64,000 bases of DNA, from NCBI GenBank assembly GCA_035341855.1, contig DAOQWA010000012.1, positions 2,451 through 66,450 on the forward strand, read 5' to 3'. This DNA comes from Bacteroidia bacterium. Its GTDB lineage: Bacteria; Bacteroidota; Bacteroidia; AKYH767-A; 2013-40CM-41-45. Made by a program: the position numbers and the translations under genes. The notes beneath the pieces were generated by a model. The model saw only the letters and a program-made list of their open reading frames with translations, did no database searches and was not told where the DNA came from. This document shows positions 40,757-50,190 of this stretch, in pieces (the stretch's first letter is position 1; each line of letters starts with the position of its first letter).

Positions 40757-42862
40757 CTAATGAAGATTAGTCCATATCAATTTTGCATTCTTTAACGAAA
40801 CATATTCACGGCCATCACCTCTTTGCAGCATAGCTATGTGATCAAAAAGAGTCTCAACCCTATCGTATTCACACGGCGCAATGATTTGCCCACTACTCAA
40901 AGCAATTCCATACATCCCTTGCCGGGATAAAATATAGTTATTCTCTATTTTACTAATGTCATCATAGCTTGGTTCCAAAATCCATTTCCCCTCGCTATTA
41001 ATTATTCCCAGTTGCTGATCCGCTTTAACAATTGCTCCGGAAGAACTGAACGAATATGCTTCTTGATATATACATGGTATTTTTATTTTTCCATGATAAT
41101 CTACATAGCCCCACTTCCTGTTTTTTTGCACGGGTATCAGTCCCTCTGATGGTCTCCCCGTATTTTCATAGCCCGGAAACTGAATACGCACTCCAAGAGT
41201 ATCCAGCACAGTATTCTTTCCCTTGTTATTAATTACAACATATCCATTTGAAAAAACTGCATTCGTCAATAAGTTTTCTGCAAAGCGATAATTCAGAGGA
41301 ATAATAATCTTCCCCTTTGAATCCACAAAACCACACTTAGAATTTTTAGCAACCAGTGCCAGACCGTCATGAAAATCACCGACTGCATCATATTCAATTT
41401 CCAGGATCTTCTCTCCAACGCGGTTGATCAAACCCCAAGAACCATTATTTCCTACCCTGAGTAATTCAGTCGATGCCCAGGATAAATGCTCATACTCAGC
41501 TTCAAACACCAAATTGCCTTTTGAATCTATCAATCCATACAGCTCGTCAATCCCCACAATGGCAAAGCCATCATGAAAATCTGCAGCCATGTCGAAAATT
41601 AATTTGGTTATAGGGTTTCCATTTCTGCCTATGTAACCTGATTTCTCATTATTCATCACCACACATATATCCTCAACCGGCTCAGTGAGCTCTTCATATT
41701 GCAGAGGAATAAGAAATTCTCCATTCCTATTTATTAGCCCGAATTTATTTTCTTTACTGACAACGGCACAATTATTCTTAAAAGGTTCTGCGTCATCCCA
41801 CATAAATGGAATCATAACTTTTCCGCTCTTATTAATATAACCATACTTATCATTTCGGGATACTGCTGCAAGTCCTTCAGAAAAATAATTCACTTCTTCA
41901 TATACTGCGTCGATCATCTCAAGCCCTTCTTCATTGATGAAGCCCCATAATCCATTCTTTTTAAATGGAAGAAACAATGAAGTTTGTCGCATATAATCAT
42001 TCTCCAATTCGTCCATGAATGGATAGTCCGGATAGTCAAACTTGAACTGCAGATAAGTTTGTTCATCATAATTCTGCATGCTGATCCTGTAAATTTGGCG
42101 CCAGGATTCACGTACATAACGATTGGCAGGATAACGTTTGATAAATGCTTTGTGTTCAGGCAGGCTACCTTGTGATGTCGACAAACTATATATCATTCGT
42201 TCAGCTTGCATTAAGTATGGGCTCTCAGGATATAATTCAATAAATCTTTCGTAGGCACCCAGCTGATGACTTTCGGTTTGTTCTTCAAATACTCTTTCGT
42301 GATAACGATTTTGTGCATCGTTTGCCTCCTCTGCGTCGGGATACATTTCAAGATAATTCTTATATCCTTCGGCAGTATTCAGAGCACGTGCTTCCTGGAA
42401 TGCAATGGAATTACGCAAGCCGGTAACCTGATCCTCTGAGCCACAAAATGAGAAATTTGTCAGATAATGATTAAGCATTTCTATAGAAGCTCTACTCTCA
42501 GCAGCCACAAGCGCCTTTGAACAAATGCTATCCTTGCACAGCCGGATACTCTCCTGAGTTACACCCAGCTCGGCATATTTAATCTGCTGTTTTTCTTTTA
42601 ACAACGGAAATACTGAGTCAGAAACAAGGATATAACTTTTGGCTGAATCAAGATTATAGAAAGGATTGTTTCCTGAAGAATGTATTTTGGCCAAACCAAA
42701 GCCTGCTGCAACAGGATCCTTTTTCATGGATTTGATGAATAGCTCCCGGGCATTAAAATAATCAAACACTTCTAATCTTTCGAAGGCCTTCTCAAGACTT
42801 CCGGCTTTTAAGCTTTGATCCTGAACAAGAAAAATGAACAGCAACATAACAATCCTCTTCAT
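40757..42862 (-). CDS. WG (KWG) repeat-containing secreted protein with helical N-terminal repeats
   Basis: Many xGxIxxxG...FxEGLAxV repeats (LWGFINEEG, KYGYINKSG, KWGYVDYHG) and N-terminal YxxFIxxYP repeats. Confidence 0.88.
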   Translation of the reverse strand: MKRIVMLLFIFLVQDQSLKAGSLEKAFERLEVFDYFNARELFIKSMKKDPVAAGFGLAKIHSSGNNPFYNLDSAKSYILVSDSVFPLLKEKQQIKYAELGVTQESIRLCKDSICSKALVAAESRASIEMLNHYLTNFSFCGSEDQVTGLRNSIAFQEARALNTAEGYKNYLEMYPDAEEANDAQNRYHERVFEEQTESHQLGAYERFIELYPESPYLMQAERMIYSLSTSQGSLPEHKAFIKRYPANRYVRESWRQIYRISMQNYDEQTYLQFKFDYPDYPFMDELENDYMRQTSLFLPFKKNGLWGFINEEGLEMIDAVYEEVNYFSEGLAAVSRNDKYGYINKSGKVMIPFMWDDAEPFKNNCAVVSKENKFGLINRNGEFLIPLQYEELTEPVEDICVVMNNEKSGYIGRNGNPITKLIFDMAADFHDGFAIVGIDELYGLIDSKGNLVFEAEYEHLSWASTELLRVGNNGSWGLINRVGEKILEIEYDAVGDFHDGLALVAKNSKCGFVDSKGKIIIPLNYRFAENLLTNAVFSNGYVVINNKGKNTVLDTLGVRIQFPGYENTGRPSEGLIPVQKNRKWGYVDYHGKIKIPCIYQEAYSFSSSGAIVKADQQLGIINSEGKWILEPSYDDISKIENNYILSRQGMYGIALSSGQIIAPCEYDRVETLFDHIAMLQRGDGREYVSLKNAKLIWTNLH

Positions 42863-42884
42863 ACAAAGTAGATTTCAATTCGAA

Positions 42885-42892
42885 CAAATATA
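42885..42892 (-). promoter_or_regulatory. Bacteroidota -7 box (WG-repeat gene)
   Basis: TATATTTG on the minus strand. Confidence 0.55.
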
Positions 42893-43036
42893 AAGGATTT
42901 CAGAAGAGCTAATTATTAATTATCCCAAAAAACCGGATCACACCGACCTGATTCTTCCTATGTAGACTGTATCATCATTTAGCTGGGATTTTAAGCTCAA
43001 CAAGCTTGATTCGTAGGAATAAACAAGCCCATTGCT

Positions 43037-43044
43037 TATCTTTG
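43037..43044 (+). promoter_or_regulatory. Bacteroidota -7 box (DEAD helicase)
   Basis: TATCTTTG. Confidence 0.6.
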
Positions 43045-43066
43045 AAGCCTAATTGACCTTCGCACA

Positions 43067-44323
43067 TTGACTTTCGACGATTTTAATTTTTTCCCTTCTC
43101 TCATAGAAGGACTCGATGCAATGGGTTTCTCCAAACCCACTCCCATCCAGGAACAAGTAATCCCTATAATTCTTAAAGGAAAAGACCTTATAGCTTGTGC
43201 CCAAACGGGTACAGGAAAAACGGCAGCCTATCTTTTGCCAACCTTACATAGAATTGCTGCAGACAAGATTCCTCACACATCTGCCTTAATTGTTGCACCA
43301 ACACGTGAACTGGCACAACAAATAGACAATGCCTTTCAGGGATTTGCATATTTTACACATGCCAGTTCTATCGCCGTTTACGGTGGTAGCGACGGACAGG
43401 TATTTGAACGGGAAAAGAAGGCTCTCGCTGAAGGAACTTCTGTGGTCATTGCAACTCCGGGCAGACTATTAAGTCATCTCAATAATGGCTATGTAAAATT
43501 CGACAAACTAGATGTTCTCATCCTTGACGAAGCAGATAAAATGCTTGATATGGGTTTTTATGAGGATATTCTTAAAATCATTCGATATCTTCCGGTGAAA
43601 AGGCAAAATTTATTGTTTAGTGCCACGATGCCTTCAAAGATGCGTGAATTGGCAAAGCGTATATTACATGATCCTATTGAAGTAAACATCGCTATCAGTA
43701 AACCTGCTGCCGGCATCCTGCAAAATGCTTACCTTGTTTACGACTCTCAAAAAATTCCGCTTACACGCGATATTCTCATTGCTAAAAATTTAGACAGCGT
43801 CTTAATATTTGCTTCTACAAAATCCGGTGTGAAAGCATTGGAGAAGGAACTGCTTCGCATGAAATTATCTGCTAAAGCAATCCATAGTGATCTCAGCCAA
43901 AATGAACGTGAAGAAGTGCTGCTAAGTTTTCGAAACAGAAACACAAAGATTCTGGTAGCCACAGACATTCTTTCACGTGGTATTGATATAGAAAACATCG
44001 GACTTGTTATCAACTACGATGTTCCAGGCGATGCAGAAGATTATGTTCACCGCGTTGGAAGAACTGCACGTGCTGCGTCTACCGGTGAGGCAATTACCCT
44101 TATCAACGAGAAGGATCAACGTCGTTTTTCTCAAATTGAAGAATTAATTGAGAAGGAAGTTCCAAAGTTGCCACTACCTGTTGAATTGGGTTCAGGTCCT
44201 GCCTGGGCTCCTCAGAAAAAACATTCCTTTAAACCTTCAGGCAGATCAGGGCGCCCGTTTAAAAAAGGGAATCACAAAGGTCATAGACAAAGACCAAAAG
44301 GTGACGGACCAAAAAAAAATTAA
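43067..44323 (+). CDS. DEAD-box RNA helicase (RhlE-like)
   Basis: Q motif, AQTGTGKT, PTRELA, DEAD, SAT, HRVGRTAR and a basic C-terminal tail. TTG start. Confidence 0.95.
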   Translation: MTFDDFNFFPSLIEGLDAMGFSKPTPIQEQVIPIILKGKDLIACAQTGTGKTAAYLLPTLHRIAADKIPHTSALIVAPTRELAQQIDNAFQGFAYFTHASSIAVYGGSDGQVFEREKKALAEGTSVVIATPGRLLSHLNNGYVKFDKLDVLILDEADKMLDMGFYEDILKIIRYLPVKRQNLLFSATMPSKMRELAKRILHDPIEVNIAISKPAAGILQNAYLVYDSQKIPLTRDILIAKNLDSVLIFASTKSGVKALEKELLRMKLSAKAIHSDLSQNEREEVLLSFRNRNTKILVATDILSRGIDIENIGLVINYDVPGDAEDYVHRVGRTARAASTGEAITLINEKDQRRFSQIEELIEKEVPKLPLPVELGSGPAWAPQKKHSFKPSGRSGRPFKKGNHKGHRQRPKGDGPKKN

Positions 44324-45825
44324 TTAATTACTCCTTTCAAATTAAAATCTTTTTCAATGAGTTCTGCAACAATTTTTGCAGAAAGCAAGCACAGGGGAAT
44401 CCCTGCTCCGGGATGCACACTACCTCCACAAAAATAAAGACCCTGCTTTCCTTTAATAAAATTTGGATGTCTTAAAAAAGCAGAGAAGACTCCATTACTG
44501 CTGTTCCCATAAATAGAACCTTTCCACGAACCTGTTTGTGCTTCTATATCTCTAGGGGATATCACTTCTTCTACCTCTATCAAATTTTCCAGATCAATAT
44601 TCAATGTATTCGAGAGCTTTCTTATAATCTGCTTTCTTACCCTATCGATGAGTGTGTCCCAATTTTGTCCTTCATCACATGGAGCAGTAATCATCACAAA
44701 CCAATTTGCCTTTCCTGATGGCGCATCACCGGTTGAATGTGATGAAGTGTTACATAAATAAATTGAAGGGTCATTACAAATTGTCTTTTCTTTAAATACG
44801 GCATTATATTCGAGCAGATCATCTTCACCGAAAAAAGTATTATGCAAATTAATTGAAGAAACATTTTCTTTTAACCCCCAAAGAAAAATAATGACCGAAC
44901 TTGATCTTTCTTGTTTGAGTGAAAAATCATTTTTCTTTATCCCGTGCATGAGTTGATGATAAGCTACATGAATGTCGGTATTGCAAATCACACAAGAACT
45001 TTCATGAAATTTATTGCCTGCTTTCACACCCTTCACACTTCCATCCTTTATCACAATTTCATCAACCCTTTGTCCATAATTGATTTCTACTCCACATTCA
45101 CCTGCCAATTTAAGCATAGCTTCAACAATCTTACGCATCCCTCCTTTGGAAAAATAAGCTCCTTCATTCATTTCGAAATGACTGATCACATTCAGAGTAC
45201 CCGGAGCTTCAAAAGGATTTGATCCATTGTAACTGGCATAACGATCAAAGATTCTCACAAGTCTGTCATCTGATAAATTTCTTCTATTATAATAATGCAT
45301 TGTTTGAAATGCACGAACTTTTCTAAACTGCACAATGCCTCTAACTGTAGGCCAATTAAAATAATTTTTAATTTTGTGAAGAGAGCGTTCTAAAAAAACC
45401 TTATGCGTCAGTTTGTATATTTTATGAGCATCCCTCAGCACCTTTTTGAGATTAGAAACAGGTTCTGTTGATTTTGCCTGTAACTCTTTTAACATTTTCC
45501 CCGGATCAGAAAAAGTATTTATGAAAGTCTTATCATTAAAGTAAAAACGGAATAAGGGGTCAACTTTTTCGAGACTGATATAATCATCCATGTTTTTACC
45601 GCAAAGATCAAATAGTTCTTTTAGATACTCAGGTTTGGTAAGGACAGAAGGACCAATATCAAAACGGAAACCATTGATATTCTTCTCGGCAATTTTTCCT
45701 CCTGCCTGAGAATTTGCTTCGAATATTCGAACTTTCCAACCCAATCGTGATGCTCGTATTGCAGCAGCCAGACCGGCTATTCCTGATCCGACTACTATAC
45801 AAATATTACCCCTCTTATCAGACAT
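44320..45825 (-). CDS. crtD: 1-hydroxycarotenoid 3,4-desaturase (CrtD-type phytoene desaturase family)
   Basis: GSGIAG, FRFDIGPS, RYASYNGSNPF, GSIYGNSSN...AFLRHPNF and GGSVHPGAGIPLCLLSA resemble Bacteroidota CrtD. Confidence 0.8.
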   Translation of the reverse strand: MSDKRGNICIVVGSGIAGLAAAIRASRLGWKVRIFEANSQAGGKIAEKNINGFRFDIGPSVLTKPEYLKELFDLCGKNMDDYISLEKVDPLFRFYFNDKTFINTFSDPGKMLKELQAKSTEPVSNLKKVLRDAHKIYKLTHKVFLERSLHKIKNYFNWPTVRGIVQFRKVRAFQTMHYYNRRNLSDDRLVRIFDRYASYNGSNPFEAPGTLNVISHFEMNEGAYFSKGGMRKIVEAMLKLAGECGVEINYGQRVDEIVIKDGSVKGVKAGNKFHESSCVICNTDIHVAYHQLMHGIKKNDFSLKQERSSSVIIFLWGLKENVSSINLHNTFFGEDDLLEYNAVFKEKTICNDPSIYLCNTSSHSTGDAPSGKANWFVMITAPCDEGQNWDTLIDRVRKQIIRKLSNTLNIDLENLIEVEEVISPRDIEAQTGSWKGSIYGNSSNGVFSAFLRHPNFIKGKQGLYFCGGSVHPGAGIPLCLLSAKIVAELIEKDFNLKGVIN

Positions 45826-45863
45826 TCTGAATGACTCTACAGTTGTACTTATTAATAATATTG

Positions 45864-45871
45864 CAAATCTA
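45864..45871 (-). promoter_or_regulatory. Bacteroidota -7 promoter box for crtD
   Basis: TAGATTTG on the minus strand, 38 nt upstream of the crtD ATG. Confidence 0.55.
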
Positions 45872-45970
45872 TCAATTTCAATTTCTTGAACACAAATATT
45901 TTAGTTCTGAATATTTACATTACGGTCGATCAATTTATCATTTCTTAGGCTAAGAATAGATGATAAATGG

Positions 45971-45978
45971 TATTTTTG
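45971..45978 (+). promoter_or_regulatory. Bacteroidota -7 promoter box for the carrier-protein operon
   Basis: TATTTTTG, 18 nt upstream of ATG 45997. Confidence 0.55.
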
Positions 45979-45996
45979 GCATTTATAAAACTATAA

Positions 45997-46257
45997 ATGT
46001 CAGACCTTAAACCAGCCGATCAAGTTAAAGAAGCTTTGATGGATTTTCTCAGGGACAATCACGGATTCTCAGGGACAAATTTTTCTTCAGAACAGAATCT
46101 TAAAGACGCCGGCATTGATTCTTTCAAGATTATCGAATTAATTCTCTTCATGGAAAACAATTTCAATATCAAATTTCCGGAGGAGTCTTATACAGCAGCT
46201 AACTTGTATTCAGTTGATTCTATCGTCAAATGTGCCTTTCGTGAAAATTTCCGATGA
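45997..46257 (+). CDS. stand-alone acyl/peptidyl carrier protein
   Basis: 86 aa with a GIDS phosphopantetheinylation motif (Ser42) and ELILFMENNFNIKFP. Confidence 0.88.
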   Translation: MSDLKPADQVKEALMDFLRDNHGFSGTNFSSEQNLKDAGIDSFKIIELILFMENNFNIKFPEESYTAANLYSVDSIVKCAFRENFR

Positions 46258-47510
46258 CCATGCCAACGATGACCGGTGCTGACAGATTTCAGTTTTTTTT
46301 AGACAAGGATGGTCGTAAAAACACCGGCATTGGTAATACTATTAAAACACATATTGTTCTTAAGGGTGTACTTACACGTGAACAGATAAGCGGGGTTATA
46401 AAAAATAACAAAGCAATTGAATTTTTATCGTCCCTCTCAGCAAAAAGAAAATTTTATTCATTCCAATTTTTCTGGAAGCAAGGAACAAGACCCGGACTCG
46501 AAAATATTTTCAGTTACGAAGTATCAAAATCCGCTCAAGTATTAATTGACAAAGCGCTAACTTACGACTGTAATCCGGAGCGGGGTTCTCCCATACTTGT
46601 TGACGTGATTGCAGATATTGAACTTAAATTAACGCACATTATTCTCTCGGTGAATCATAGCCTGCTCGATTATGCCGGCATGGAATTGTTACTTAAATCC
46701 TTTTCTGAAGACAGTGATAGCTTGATACTACACATGCCTCCTCAAAAGCCTTTTTCCTTATTCAAAAGATTTGTCCAAACTATACAGGCAACGGCTTTTG
46801 TCGCCAAAAGATCCGGTTGGAATATCCAAAGGCTTGAAAAAACCTCTGTTAATTACAAGCCTGTTTTCACAGAGTTAAGCATTTCGAACCAGGAGTTGCG
46901 ATCAGAAAGTGTTTCATCAAGAAGCATAGGCATTCCCAGGTACCTGGCATGTTCGATACATGCTTTGTGCAAAAGCTCAAAAATTTTTAAGAATCACCAA
47001 CTACCTGTTTTTGTGCCTGTTCCCTTGAACAGGAGAACTGAAAAATACAACAGAGTTCTTCTTTCCAACAGATTTTCATTTTTATTCTTCAGAATAAATA
47101 CAAATGAATTTTCCAATGTTAAATCTTTGGAAAGGGCTTTTCTTCAACAAATGATTCTACAAGCTCAACAGAAAATTCCTGAAAAATTTGATTCTCTTCT
47201 GAGTGTTTTTTCCTTACTGCCGAATTCAATATATAGAGCGTTTCTGAACCTGCCTTCTAAAGGTCATTCTTCGACATTTGCATTTTCAAATTTGCCGGTA
47301 TCTGTTCTTGATGGTAGCACATTCCTGGGGATGAAAATAATCGATTTCACACACTACCCTCCCTTTCTTTCGCCTCCTGGATTAAATCTTGCCATCATTG
47401 AAATGAAAGATGGTATCAAACTGGTAAGCTGCTATGATTCTACAAGGCTAACAACAGATGATGCCAATTTGCTTCTACAAGATATTAAAAGTAATTTGAT
47501 AAGCTCTTGA
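46254..47510 (+). CDS. free-standing condensation-domain / PapA5-like CoA-dependent acyltransferase-fold protein
   Basis: NHSLLDYAG (HxxxD), VPVPLNRR and FSNLP. ATGA overlap with the carrier protein gene. Confidence 0.65.
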   Translation: MTMPTMTGADRFQFFLDKDGRKNTGIGNTIKTHIVLKGVLTREQISGVIKNNKAIEFLSSLSAKRKFYSFQFFWKQGTRPGLENIFSYEVSKSAQVLIDKALTYDCNPERGSPILVDVIADIELKLTHIILSVNHSLLDYAGMELLLKSFSEDSDSLILHMPPQKPFSLFKRFVQTIQATAFVAKRSGWNIQRLEKTSVNYKPVFTELSISNQELRSESVSSRSIGIPRYLACSIHALCKSSKIFKNHQLPVFVPVPLNRRTEKYNRVLLSNRFSFLFFRINTNEFSNVKSLERAFLQQMILQAQQKIPEKFDSLLSVFSLLPNSIYRAFLNLPSKGHSSTFAFSNLPVSVLDGSTFLGMKIIDFTHYPPFLSPPGLNLAIIEMKDGIKLVSCYDSTRLTTDDANLLLQDIKSNLISS

Positions 47511-48742
47511 ATAATTCCTTCTATACAGATGTGCTCATAATTGGCGCCGGCGCCGCAGGTATTGCAGCGGCTACAGCCTCAGTTGAAGCCGGAGCATCCG
47601 TAACAGTCGTTGAAAAATTAAACTATCCTGGGGGATGCGCAACTGCTTCCGCTGTCGGAACCATCTGTGGCCTCTTTCTGCGTGGAGAAAAAGAAGTGTT
47701 CTCGATGAATGGGCTTCCAAAAGAGTTTGCCTTAAACATCTTGAAAAAATCTAAGAAAGAACCTCAACGCTTTTCAGAAAAACTTTGGTTCATTCCTTGC
47801 CAGGCAAATCATTTCAGATCAGTCGCAGAAGAATACCTCTCACACGAGAAGATTAATATTCTTTACAACACAGAAGTAAAATCAATTTCACAAGCAGGGG
47901 GATTGATTGATAAAATAGTTATAGAAAACAAAAATGTAAAACAAACGATCTTTGCTAAGGCATATATAGATTGTTCGGGAGTAGGTGTAACTCTTTCGCT
48001 TTTAAAACATCCTCTAATCCTCGATAAACAGCAGCAAGCTGCAGCAGTTGTTTTTCAAGCAAATGGAATACTTTCCGAGAATGAATTTTCTCTACATCAT
48101 CTTATCATCAAATATATCACTCAGGCAATCAAGCCGGGTTCCGAACAGGAGTTTTACAAACTAATTAGCATTATTCCGGGATCTCTTAAGAATGGTTCTG
48201 CTCAATTTAAATTAGGTATCCCTTGGACTCCTGAAGGTGATCCGGTTGAATTGAATTTCCATGCACACAAATTCATTCATGAAGTACTTTCTTTTCTTAA
48301 GTCCGGAATGCCACAGTTTGAAAATGCAAGTCTTGCCTGGATAGCTGACGAGGTAGGGCAACGTAGTGGCGCAAGACCTATAGGAAGAGAAATACTGAAA
48401 GAAGAAGATGTATTGACTTGCAAAAAAAGAACAGACGAAATATGTAAAGGCTCGTGGCCAATCGAGTTTTGGGAAATTGGAAATAAAAAAGTTAATATGA
48501 CCTACTTCCCGCAAAATGACTACTATTCTATACCCGCTTCTTGTCTGATATCAAACACCTTTACAAATTTGTTTTTTGGAGGCAAATTAATTTCTGCTTC
48601 TGAAAAGGCAATTGCAAGTGCAAGAGTTATTGGTACATGTTTAGGTACAGGTTATGCAGCAGGAATACTCGCAACATATAAGTCAATGGGAAAATCAGAA
48701 CAGGAAGGTATTTCCTTTATTCAAAACCGCATCTCAATTTAG
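47507..48742 (+). CDS. FAD-dependent oxidoreductase (FAD_oxidored/PF12831-like)
   Basis: DVLIIGAGAAGIAAA...EK...GG, IDCSG and ASARVIGTCLGTGYAAG. TTG start overlapping the upstream TGA. Confidence 0.85.
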   Translation: MNNSFYTDVLIIGAGAAGIAAATASVEAGASVTVVEKLNYPGGCATASAVGTICGLFLRGEKEVFSMNGLPKEFALNILKKSKKEPQRFSEKLWFIPCQANHFRSVAEEYLSHEKINILYNTEVKSISQAGGLIDKIVIENKNVKQTIFAKAYIDCSGVGVTLSLLKHPLILDKQQQAAAVVFQANGILSENEFSLHHLIIKYITQAIKPGSEQEFYKLISIIPGSLKNGSAQFKLGIPWTPEGDPVELNFHAHKFIHEVLSFLKSGMPQFENASLAWIADEVGQRSGARPIGREILKEEDVLTCKKRTDEICKGSWPIEFWEIGNKKVNMTYFPQNDYYSIPASCLISNTFTNLFFGGKLISASEKAIASARVIGTCLGTGYAAGILATYKSMGKSEQEGISFIQNRISI

Positions 48743-48747
48743 TTCTA

Positions 48748-50190
48748 ATGTCTTTTCAAAGCTTTGACATACTAGAGTCGTCTTGTGCCAAATGGCCAAA
48801 CAAAATAGCTATATACCATAACGATGATAAGATCACTTTCCAAAAATTACATGATAAAGCAAAAGCACTTGCAGACTTAATTTTAACTTCGCATAGCAAG
48901 GAAAGAAACGGAAAAGTTATAGGTTTACTGGCGGGAAATAATGCAAATTTCATTTCAGGATTGTTTGCAGCATCTGCAGCCGGCTATGTTGTGATGCCGG
49001 TTTGGAAAGATCTTGCTCCAATTGAAATTGTAAAAGTATTAGAACAGTCATACACTAAGCTTTTACTGATTGAAAAAAACATCTCTCTACACTTTCCTGT
49101 GCAACACGAAAGAACCCCGATTGACGGGAACTATGACATAATTACATTTAATGAATTAGCTGCTGAAAGTATCTATGACAAATTCGACGATGCTGCATTC
49201 ATTCGGCCCAGTTCCGGTACAACAGGGAATTCAAAAGGCGTAGTAATTTCTCATCAAGCAGTTCTTGAAAGAATAATTGCAGCCAACCAAGGACTCGAAC
49301 TTGGTCTCGATGACAAGGTTCTCTGGGTACTTCCAATGGCTTTTCACTTTCTTGTCTCTGTATGTCTATATATTTATTCCGGTTCCTCTATCATTATCAT
49401 AGATGATTTTTTTCCGGAGAAAATTATTGAAGAGTCAAATAGATTAAATGCAACTCTACTTTATGCATCACCATTACATTATCGTTTACTGGTAGCTTCA
49501 AGCTTAAAGGAACATTTTCTTACATTAAAAAAAGCTATATGCACCTCTGCAGAAATTGAACCGGACACGGTGAAAAAATTCAGGGAAAAATTTAATCTAA
49601 ATCTTAGCCAGGCATATGGAATCATAGAAATTGGACTTCCTCTCATCAACCTGAATAGGGATCCCGCAAAAGAGAATAGCATAGGAAAAGCACTTGAAGC
49701 TTATCAAGTAGGTATACTTGATGAATATTATAATTCAGTTGGAATTAATGAACCCGGCATGTTTGCCATCAAAGGGCCCGGTATGTTTTCCGGTTACCTT
49801 TGGCCTTTTCAAAGCAAGGAAGATGTCTTGCGAAATTCATGGTTTTTAACCGGAGATATCGCCCAAATAGATGAAGACAACTATGTCAGAATTTGTGGAA
49901 GAATGAAATCCATGATAAATGTTTCGGGCAATAAAGTATTTCCTGAAGAAGTAGAAGCCATCCTAAGATCACACCCGGAAATCACTGACGTCAGAGTGTT
50001 TAAAGGGTCACATCCATTGACCGGTGAAATTGTAGAAGCTGAAATCGTACTAAAGGAAAAATCAACTTTGACAACATCGGAGATAAATCTATTTTGCAGA
50101 AAACTTTTAGCCTCTGTTAAAATACCTCAGCGAATAAAATTCGTCAGCGAAATACAAAAAACAGTTACGGGCAAAACACTCAGGGCTTAA
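48748..50190 (+). CDS. class I adenylate-forming enzyme (acyl-CoA / acyl-carrier ligase)
   Basis: PSSGTTGNSKG, QAYGIIE, TGD, GRMKSMINVSGNKVFPEEVE and TGK. Confidence 0.9.
   Translation: MSFQSFDILESSCAKWPNKIAIYHNDDKITFQKLHDKAKALADLILTSHSKERNGKVIGLLAGNNANFISGLFAASAAGYVVMPVWKDLAPIEIVKVLEQSYTKLLLIEKNISLHFPVQHERTPIDGNYDIITFNELAAESIYDKFDDAAFIRPSSGTTGNSKGVVISHQAVLERIIAANQGLELGLDDKVLWVLPMAFHFLVSVCLYIYSGSSIIIIDDFFPEKIIEESNRLNATLLYASPLHYRLLVASSLKEHFLTLKKAICTSAEIEPDTVKKFREKFNLNLSQAYGIIEIGLPLINLNRDPAKENSIGKALEAYQVGILDEYYNSVGINEPGMFAIKGPGMFSGYLWPFQSKEDVLRNSWFLTGDIAQIDEDNYVRICGRMKSMINVSGNKVFPEEVEAILRSHPEITDVRVFKGSHPLTGEIVEAEIVLKEKSTLTTSEINLFCRKLLASVKIPQRIKFVSEIQKTVTGKTLRA

Noticed and set aside
42921-42995. 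ATCCCA...TGGGAT pairing between the WG-repeat and helicase genes as a structured RNA
   Set aside because: Only a short stem, with no recognisable riboswitch or ncRNA consensus.
47507-48742. KLWFIP as a flavin-halogenase WxWxIP motif
   Set aside because: The first Trp is missing, the motif lies too near the N-terminus, and the rest of the protein fits the FAD_oxidored family.
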